NCBI GenBank assembly: GCA_046757025.1
Contig: JBHHXN010000148.1
Location: 1-13,063 of the forward strand
Source of the DNA: a bacterium
GTDB lineage: Bacteria; Zhuqueibacterota; Zhuqueibacteria; Oceanimicrobiales; Oceanimicrobiaceae
Direction of reading: 5' to 3'
DNA: 13,063 nt
Translations under genes and position numbers: made by a program
Notes under the pieces: generated by a model
What the model was told of the DNA's origin: nothing
Seen by the model: only the letters and a program-made list of their open reading frames with translations
Database searches by the model: none
In this document: piece by piece, positions 7,169-13,063 of the stretch
How the letters are laid out: every line of letters starts with the position of its first letter
Position numbering within the stretch: the first letter of the stretch is position 1

Positions 7169-7328
7169 CAGGCTGAGTCCTGCGAAGGAGTTCAGAGCCT
7201 GCTCTGAACCTGGCGATGGGATAAACACTGCGGCTGAAGAATCTCTGACTTACATCGTTTTTTTATTTTATCGCACTTTGTAGCACGGGATTTTTCGTTT
7301 CTTCCGCTGCGAGGAATCGTTCAGAATG
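7169..7328. repeat. Degenerate REP/BIME-like palindromic cluster
   Basis: Minus-strand relatives of the 24-bp unit at 7169-7188 (CCTTCGCAGGACTCAGCCTG) and 7198-7220 (CCCATCGCCAGGTTCAGAGCAGG). Perfect inverted repeat GTTCAGAGC-CT-GCTCTGAAC (7190-7209). GAAGAATCTC (7236-7245) can pair with GGGATTTTTC (7287-7296). Confidence 0.5.
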
Positions 7329-7589
7329 CGCATTTTGGAAGATAGCTGAGCGAAATGGATACTTTACAATTTTGCAAAGAAAAAGATTTGACAGCAGAGA
7401 ATTAATTGAGAGAGAATTCAATTTTGAAGCCACATCCCATCAGGGAACCGGTTTCCCAATTTCATTTTTCAGATATTACATTATCGTATTACCGGGCTGT
7501 AATTATATTAAGTAATTTTAAAATAAACCCGAAACCAGACTCAGTATAAATTCAAATATTACAATGAAATAGGATGGATATTAAATACG

Positions 7590-7605
7590 TGGCATATCCT
7601 TTGCC
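7590..7605 (+). promoter_or_regulatory. Sigma-54 -24/-12 promoter of the surface-protein gene
   Basis: TGGCATATCCTTTGCC: GG (7591-7592), 10-nt spacer, GC (7603-7604). Shares GTGGCATAnnCTTTGC with the promoter at 5518. Confidence 0.8.
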
Positions 7606-7651
7606 AGTAGCTAACCACAATGTTGAATACGAATTGAAAGGAGCTGTTAGG

Positions 7652-9226
7652 ATGATGATTACTACAAAGGACAGACTAACCATTTTCGGAATCATTCTGT
7701 TTATTTCGGTAATGGCTTCTTCCATGGCCTTCGCAGGCAGCGCCACCGTAACCTGGGATGCTAACACGGAAAGCGATTTAGCCGGCTACAAAATTTATTA
7801 CGGAACCGTCAGCCAAAATTACAGCCAGATCATCGATGTGGGTAATTTAACTTCACACCAAATTTCAAATCTGCAAGGTGGACAGACCTATTACTTCGCG
7901 GTAAAGGCTTACGATGTCGCCGGCAATGAGAGCGCCTTTTCGAACGAAGTCAGCGCCTTCATTAATTCTGCTAATACCGACACCAACGCACCGGAGCTGG
8001 TGGCTGTGGTGCCGAGAGGCGAAACGCAAATCGACGTCATGTTTTCTGAATCCGTGAGCAAGGCTTCCGCAGAAAACGCTTCAAATTATTCCATCAGCAA
8101 CGGCGTGCAAGTTTTGGGCGCCATTTTGGATGCCGATGAAAAAACGGTGCATTTGATAACAAGCGCCTACAACCGGGGCCAGGAATATACGCTCTCCATC
8201 AGCCATGTTGAGGACCTCAGTGGAAACGTGATTGCCGCCGGCACAGCCCAGAATTTTAGTTTACCGAATCCCAACAGCGACAGCACCCCGCCAAGTATCA
8301 TTTACGCCGTCGCCGTGGATGAAAGTCATGTAGATGTGGTATTTAACGAAGCCCTGGATCCCAATTCGGCAAACCGTGCCAGCAATTACTCCATCAACAA
8401 TTCTGTGCGGGTTACCGGAGCGCAACTAAAGGACAATCAATCTATCGTGCAATTGACCACCTCGGCTCACAGTGCGAATACATCGCATACGTTGACCGTC
8501 AGCGGCGTGAAGGATGTCGCTGGCAACGCCATTCAAAACAACAACACCTACACCTACAAATGGGAATCGGGCAACAACAACAGTGATACCACACCGCCAC
8601 AATTGATTTCGGTTTCCAAAAAAGGCCTCACTCAGATCGATATCAATTTTAGCGAACCGGTGGAAAAATCATCCTCTGAAAACATCAACAACTATTCCAT
8701 CACAAACAACATCGAGATCATCGGGGCGGTGCGAGACGCAAATTTAACCACCGTACATTTGCTTACTTCCACCCACCAAAACGGCGTAGATTACACAGTC
8801 ACCGTAATCAATGTGGAGGATTTTTCCGGTAATAAAATCACCTCGAACAATCAGCTGAGCTACAAATTCACAACGAATGATCCACCGCCCGGTGACGGTC
8901 CCCTGCCAGAATCGTTCTCGTTGTTTCAAAATTACCCGAATCCGTTCAATCCGGAAACAGAAATTCGCTTTTTCCTGGATGAAAAGCGCAAAGTCGAGTT
9001 GAATATCTACAATCCTCTGGGGCAGTTGGTGCGCTCGCTGGTAAATGACGAGCTGAATAGAGGGCTGCATTCATTTATCTGGGACGGCACCAATAAACAT
9101 GGCAAGCAAGTGCCCACCGGGGTGTATATTTACAGCTTAGAAGTGAGTCAGAACATCGTGAACGGCAACATTTTGGTCAACCTTTCGCGTGAACGCCGGG
9201 TGCGTAAGATGACTCTCATTCGATAG
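7652..9226 (+). CDS. Secreted surface protein: Sec signal + FN3 domain + three Ig-like (Big_5/SbsA-type) repeats + FlgD-Ig / T9SS-like C-terminal tail
   Basis: Start moved from 7574 to ATG 7652: AAAGGAG RBS at 7637-7643, then signal peptide MMITTKDRLTIFGIILFISVMASSMAFA. FN3 motif TWDAN..SDLAGYKIYYG...TYYFAVKAYDVAGNES. Three ~100-aa repeats (DxxxP...FxE...NYSI...VxDxxGNxI) start near 7979, 8279 and 8585. Tail: FSLFQNYPNPFNPET...WDG...GVY...KMTLIR. Confidence 0.85.
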   Translation: MMITTKDRLTIFGIILFISVMASSMAFAGSATVTWDANTESDLAGYKIYYGTVSQNYSQIIDVGNLTSHQISNLQGGQTYYFAVKAYDVAGNESAFSNEVSAFINSANTDTNAPELVAVVPRGETQIDVMFSESVSKASAENASNYSISNGVQVLGAILDADEKTVHLITSAYNRGQEYTLSISHVEDLSGNVIAAGTAQNFSLPNPNSDSTPPSIIYAVAVDESHVDVVFNEALDPNSANRASNYSINNSVRVTGAQLKDNQSIVQLTTSAHSANTSHTLTVSGVKDVAGNAIQNNNTYTYKWESGNNNSDTTPPQLISVSKKGLTQIDINFSEPVEKSSSENINNYSITNNIEIIGAVRDANLTTVHLLTSTHQNGVDYTVTVINVEDFSGNKITSNNQLSYKFTTNDPPPGDGPLPESFSLFQNYPNPFNPETEIRFFLDEKRKVELNIYNPLGQLVRSLVNDELNRGLHSFIWDGTNKHGKQVPTGVYIYSLEVSQNIVNGNILVNLSRERRVRKMTLIR

Positions 9227-9250
9227 AATTTTTCTTCCTCCCTCGTAGAT

Positions 9251-9292
9251 AGGCCGGGTAGTCCTGATGAAACTACCTGGCCTTATTTATTT
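9251..9292 (+). terminator. Probable intrinsic terminator after the surface-protein gene
   Basis: 12-bp stem AGGCCGGGTAGT / ACTACCTGGCCT (one G-U pair), 9-nt loop, followed by TATTTATTT. Confidence 0.65.
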
Positions 9293-9309
9293 AAATTCTG
9301 AAATTAATG

Positions 9310-9338
9310 TTGACTGTGATGATTATATTTAGTATATT
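9310..9338 (+). promoter_or_regulatory. Candidate sigma-70 promoter for the polysaccharide export genes
   Basis: TTGACT (9310-9315), 17-nt spacer, TATATT (9333-9338), about 40 nt before ATG 9380. Confidence 0.6.
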
Positions 9339-9379
9339 TTTTCTTGCTAAAGGATTATATGTATTAAACTTGGATTATA

Positions 9380-11359
9380 ATGAACAGGAAGTTTTTCGGT
9401 TCAATTCTGATATTATTCATCTTCATTTTCTCCCAATCGAGCCCATCCCAAATTCACCTTAATTCTGTGTCAGATACCTCTAAGGTACAACCGCAATCCA
9501 ATCTCGATTATCGAACTATTTTCAACCGCACAATCACCGCTCCGCAATCGGAGCAGGTTCAAAACAAACCGCTTTCGATTTTTGGAGTGGAGCTGTTCAA
9601 AAAAGACCTGAGCAATCTGGCCGGTGAAGGCTCCGAAATCTTTATCCTGCCGCCTGAATACAAATTGGGACCCGGGGACAAAATAGGGGTATTTCTTCTG
9701 GGGAAAGTGCAGGAAAATCTCGAAGTCACGGTGAATGTGGAAGGCAAGATATTCATTCCGCCGGTTGGCGTCATCTATGTCTGGGGCTTAACCATGGACG
9801 AATTGAATGCGCTGCTGTTGAGAAAGCTCTCTAAATACTACGACAATTTCAAACTCGATCTGATGCTGCTGCAGCCGAAAAACGTCATGGTGGCGGTGGT
9901 GGGCGAAGTTCTGCGACCTGGCAAGTACGTATTGAATGCGGTGAACACTGTGCTGGACGCCATCATCACCGCCGGTGGACCGACGCTAAATGGCTCCATT
10001 CGCGACATTCGGCTGATTCGCGATTCCAGGGAGTTCGTTTCCGTGGATTTGTATCGGTTTTTGATGAGCGGTGACAACAAATACGACGAATTTCTTCAAG
10101 CCGGCGATCGCATCTTTGTTCCGCTGGTGCAGAATCAGGTTTCCATCGAAGGCGAAATCAAACGGCCATCCATCTTTGAGCTGAAATCGGGACTGCAGGA
10201 GCGTTTAACGGATCTAATCGATTTAGGCGGCGGTTTTACCGAATACGCCTTTCTCGATAAAATTGAAATCAGCCGGCTGCAGCCGGACGGCTCTCGAACA
10301 CTGCACTATGTCGATTTCAGAAAAATTATGGCTGGCGACAGCACGGACAACCTTTTACTTAAAAACGACGACAAAGTGCAAGTGTATTCAAAATTGGATC
10401 AAATACACGAACGCAAGGTGGCCATTTTTGGTGAAATCCGCAAGCCCGGTTTGTATGATCTGGAGGACAACATGCATTTGAGCGATCTCATTTTAAAGGC
10501 CGGCAATCTGACGCGCAAGGCGTACACCCTGCAAGCCGAGGTCGCGAAAATCGATCCGGGCAAGGCAACCAAATATCTTAAAGTCAACCTGCAGGATTTG
10601 AACAATCCTACCAACGGACACACCGACATCATTTTAGAAGAAGACGATCAGGTGTTTATTCGGCAGATTCCGGAATGGGAGTTCGGGCAGACCGTGGAAG
10701 TCAGAGGCGAGGTTCGGTTTCCCGGCCGCTATTCCATCATTGAAGACCGTACTTATTTGAGTGAAATATTAAAAAAGGCCGGCGGTTTTACGGACGAAGC
10801 TTTTTTGCAGGATGCCACGGTTGTCCGGCGATTCAATCGCAGCAATTTAGACAAGGAGTTTGAGCGTCTCAAAGAGATGCGTCGCGAAGAAATGAGCGAC
10901 CTGGAGTATCAATATCTGGTCATGCGGCAAAACACCAACGAGGTCAACCGACTGGTAGTGGATTTCGAGAAACTCATGCTGCAAAACGACCAGACGCAGG
11001 ATGTCATTTTACAGAACGGCGATGTCGTCGTGATTCCGAAGGCGCCCACGGTGGTCATGGTCACCGGCCGCGTGGCTCACGAAGGCGGGGTGACGTATTC
11101 GCCGGGAGCGCCTTTGAAATATTATCTGGCCAGAGCCGGCGGCGCCTCCTGGGATGCCGACCTCAAAAAAACCAAAGTCATCAAAGTGTCGGGCGAAGTG
11201 CTGGACGACGAAGATATAAACGAATTTCATCCAGGGGACGTCATCTGGGTACCGCGTAAATCCGACAAAAAATTCTGGCCAGTCCTTCTGCAAAGTATTA
11301 CCGTGATGGCGCAATTAGCTTCCATTTACTTAATCATCGATACCGCGAGTAAGCGCTGA
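9380..11359 (+). CDS. Outer-membrane polysaccharide export (OPX) protein with multiple SLBB domains (Wza/KpsD-like)
   Basis: Signal peptide without lipobox Cys. Poly_export motif LPPEYKLGPGDKI...VEGKIFIPPVG. Repeated SLBB units (VxGEVxxPGxY...xAGG...LxxGDxIxVP). C-terminal hydrophobic/amphipathic helix FWPVLLQSITVMAQLASIYLII. Confidence 0.9.
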   Translation: MNRKFFGSILILFIFIFSQSSPSQIHLNSVSDTSKVQPQSNLDYRTIFNRTITAPQSEQVQNKPLSIFGVELFKKDLSNLAGEGSEIFILPPEYKLGPGDKIGVFLLGKVQENLEVTVNVEGKIFIPPVGVIYVWGLTMDELNALLLRKLSKYYDNFKLDLMLLQPKNVMVAVVGEVLRPGKYVLNAVNTVLDAIITAGGPTLNGSIRDIRLIRDSREFVSVDLYRFLMSGDNKYDEFLQAGDRIFVPLVQNQVSIEGEIKRPSIFELKSGLQERLTDLIDLGGGFTEYAFLDKIEISRLQPDGSRTLHYVDFRKIMAGDSTDNLLLKNDDKVQVYSKLDQIHERKVAIFGEIRKPGLYDLEDNMHLSDLILKAGNLTRKAYTLQAEVAKIDPGKATKYLKVNLQDLNNPTNGHTDIILEEDDQVFIRQIPEWEFGQTVEVRGEVRFPGRYSIIEDRTYLSEILKKAGGFTDEAFLQDATVVRRFNRSNLDKEFERLKEMRREEMSDLEYQYLVMRQNTNEVNRLVVDFEKLMLQNDQTQDVILQNGDVVVIPKAPTVVMVTGRVAHEGGVTYSPGAPLKYYLARAGGASWDADLKKTKVIKVSGEVLDDEDINEFHPGDVIWVPRKSDKKFWPVLLQSITVMAQLASIYLIIDTASKR

Positions 11360-11365
11360 AAATTT

Positions 11366-12646
11366 ATGAACCCACCACAGCAAAACCTGAACCATTCAGT
11401 GGATGAAATCAATTTGCTGGATTACGTGAATATCCTTGTAGAGCACCGCCGCATGATCTTGCGCAACACCCTGTTGGTCGCGCTGTTTGTGAGCGTGTTC
11501 AGTTTTTTTCTGCCAAAATATTACAGCGCTACCACCACGCTGCTGCCACCAGACGAGGCCGAACCTTCCGGACTGAAAGGCTTGCTTTCAAATGCCCCGA
11601 TTTCGGTGCTCAATTTGCCCGGCGTGCCGGCTTCCTCATCGGAAATTTTCGTGGAAATCTTAAAAAGCCGTTCGGTAGGGGAAGGAGTGCTGAAACGAAA
11701 ATATGCCTTCGAAGGGGAAAAAAAAGATTTGTACCAGATCTGGGATATAGACAGCAAAGCCAGAGCGCTTAAGAAATTGTCAGAAAATACTCGAATTTCC
11801 TCCAACGAGCAGAGCATCATTGAAATTGCCGTGGAAATGAAAAATCCGCAATTGGCCGCCGAAGTGGCCAATGCGTTCACCGCTGAGCTGGATCGTGTGA
11901 ATAAAGAAAAAAGCTTTTCCAAGGCTAAGAATTCCCGAATCTACATCGAGGAGCAGTTGCAGAAAACCGAATTGCAATTAAAACAGGCCTCGCAAACGCT
12001 GGCGGAATTTCAGTCAAAATACAAAGCGGTGGATTTAGAAGAGCAAACCCGCATCGCCATCGAAAAAGCCGGCGAAATTAAAGGCACCATCATGGCCAAA
12101 GAAGTGGAGCTGCAAGTGACCCTGCAAACCATGAAACGAGATAATCCCATCATTGAGCGGCTGCAAAAAGAGCTGGATGAGTTGAAAAAACAGTTTGAGC
12201 ATTTGCAGTTCGGCAATTCGGTGCTGTCCGAAGATCAGAAAGATTACTTCATTCCATTCGCCGACGTCCCGGCGGTCGGGCTGAGGTTGGCGGAATTGAT
12301 TCGCGAGGTGAAGGTGCAGGAAACCGTCTGGCAGCTTTTAAACCAACAATATTACAGCGCCAAAATTCAGGAGGCGCGCGACACGCCCACGGTTCAGGTT
12401 CTCGATGAGGCGGTACCGCCGGAAAAACGCTCTAAACCAAAACGGAAAATGCTGGTGATGGTGAGCAGCCTGCTAGCCATGATGTTTAGCGTTTTTTGGG
12501 CATTTGTGCTGGAATTTGGCGAGAAAGTCAAACAAAATCCGGAGGATTTCCAGAAACTCAAACACATCGTCCAGGAAATTCGACAGGACTTTGAAACGAT
12601 GAAGAAATTCTTCTCCCGGCTCTTCCAAAAAGTTAAGAAAAATTAA
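11366..12646 (+). CDS. Polysaccharide co-polymerase / chain-length determinant (Wzz/GumC/Wzc-N-like) without a kinase domain
   Basis: N-terminal DEINLLDYVNIL plus TM1 and PKYYSATTTLLPP. Long periplasmic coiled coil. VQVLDEAVPPEKRSKPK before TM2. Short cytoplasmic tail with no Walker A. Starts 6 nt after the OPX stop. Confidence 0.88.
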   Translation: MNPPQQNLNHSVDEINLLDYVNILVEHRRMILRNTLLVALFVSVFSFFLPKYYSATTTLLPPDEAEPSGLKGLLSNAPISVLNLPGVPASSSEIFVEILKSRSVGEGVLKRKYAFEGEKKDLYQIWDIDSKARALKKLSENTRISSNEQSIIEIAVEMKNPQLAAEVANAFTAELDRVNKEKSFSKAKNSRIYIEEQLQKTELQLKQASQTLAEFQSKYKAVDLEEQTRIAIEKAGEIKGTIMAKEVELQVTLQTMKRDNPIIERLQKELDELKKQFEHLQFGNSVLSEDQKDYFIPFADVPAVGLRLAELIREVKVQETVWQLLNQQYYSAKIQEARDTPTVQVLDEAVPPEKRSKPKRKMLVMVSSLLAMMFSVFWAFVLEFGEKVKQNPEDFQKLKHIVQEIRQDFETMKKFFSRLFQKVKKN

Positions 12647-12701
12647 TTGAGATAATTCAGTTGATTATTGTTAAATTCAGGGATGCTTTGATTGGTTTAT
12701 C

Positions 12702-12749
12702 TTCATGGTGAGCGGAGTCGAACCATGAATCCTGCTGATTCGCAGCAGG
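12702..12749. repeat. REP-like hairpin followed by a second GC-rich hairpin
   Basis: TTCATGGT-GAGCGGAGTCGA-ACCATGAA (12702-12729); its core reverse-complements to TTCGACTCCGCTCA, akin to TTCGACAAGGCTCA in the 24-bp unit. Then CCTGCTG-ATTCG-CAGCAGG (12731-12749). Confidence 0.6.
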
Positions 12750-13063
12750 GGAAGATGCTATTTGGAAAAGACACGTCATTGGCAGATTTACATATTTGAT
12801 GAATCGCATCCGAGCATTCGATGAGCCCATTGAACATCGTCGATGTTTCATACACAACTTGCACAAAAAAACGAGGGTAGTCCTTAAGATTCAAAATCAG
12901 GCAAAGGGCTTGGCTTCATAAGTGAAAGCAGTTAGGTACAATCCAGCAACCGCCCTCACGGTTCTCTTCCTGAATCATTCTGATCAATTTTACACTTGAT
13001 GACCATTTTACTTTGTCATGTAAATATTTGTTAACATTTAATCTGATTGCCGGTCGTTGGAAT

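Noticed and set aside
9251..9283. CTGATGA-AAC resembling a hammerhead ribozyme core
   Set aside because: There is no stem II between CUGAUGA and GAAA and no three-way junction. It is simply the loop of a terminator-like hairpin.
77..12216. Remaining antisense or alternate-frame ORFs nested in the main CDSs
   Set aside because: They overlap well-supported genes and show no independent motifs.
12657..12894. Minus-strand ORFs 12657-12866 and 12703-12894
   Set aside because: They are short, overlap each other, cross a REP-like hairpin, and show no recognisable domain.

Overview
Bacterial chromosomal window with all genes on the + strand. The secreted protein carries a YPNPFNP...GVY...KM C-terminal tail, which suggests a Calditrichota/KSB1/Ignavibacteria-like lineage (inference only). 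The left half holds an alkaline-phosphatase-superfamily metalloenzyme, AmmeMemoRadiSam proteins B (MEMO1) and A (AMMECR1) without the radical-SAM partner, a dGTP triphosphohydrolase and a lone ECF-type ATPase. The right half holds a sigma-54 enhancer-binding protein (bEBP) with no sensory domain, a secreted FN3 + 3xIg + sorting-tail surface protein, and a polysaccharide export pair (multi-SLBB OPX and a Wzz/Wzc-like co-polymerase). Near-identical sigma-54 (-24/-12) promoters precede both the bEBP gene and the surface-protein gene, suggesting a self-activating envelope/EPS regulon. Two 179-bp MITE copies (16-bp TIRs, different 6-bp target duplications) each carry a nested tandem 24-bp REP-like unit. 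One copy inserted inside the bEBP stop codon and rebuilt it (TAA to TAG).
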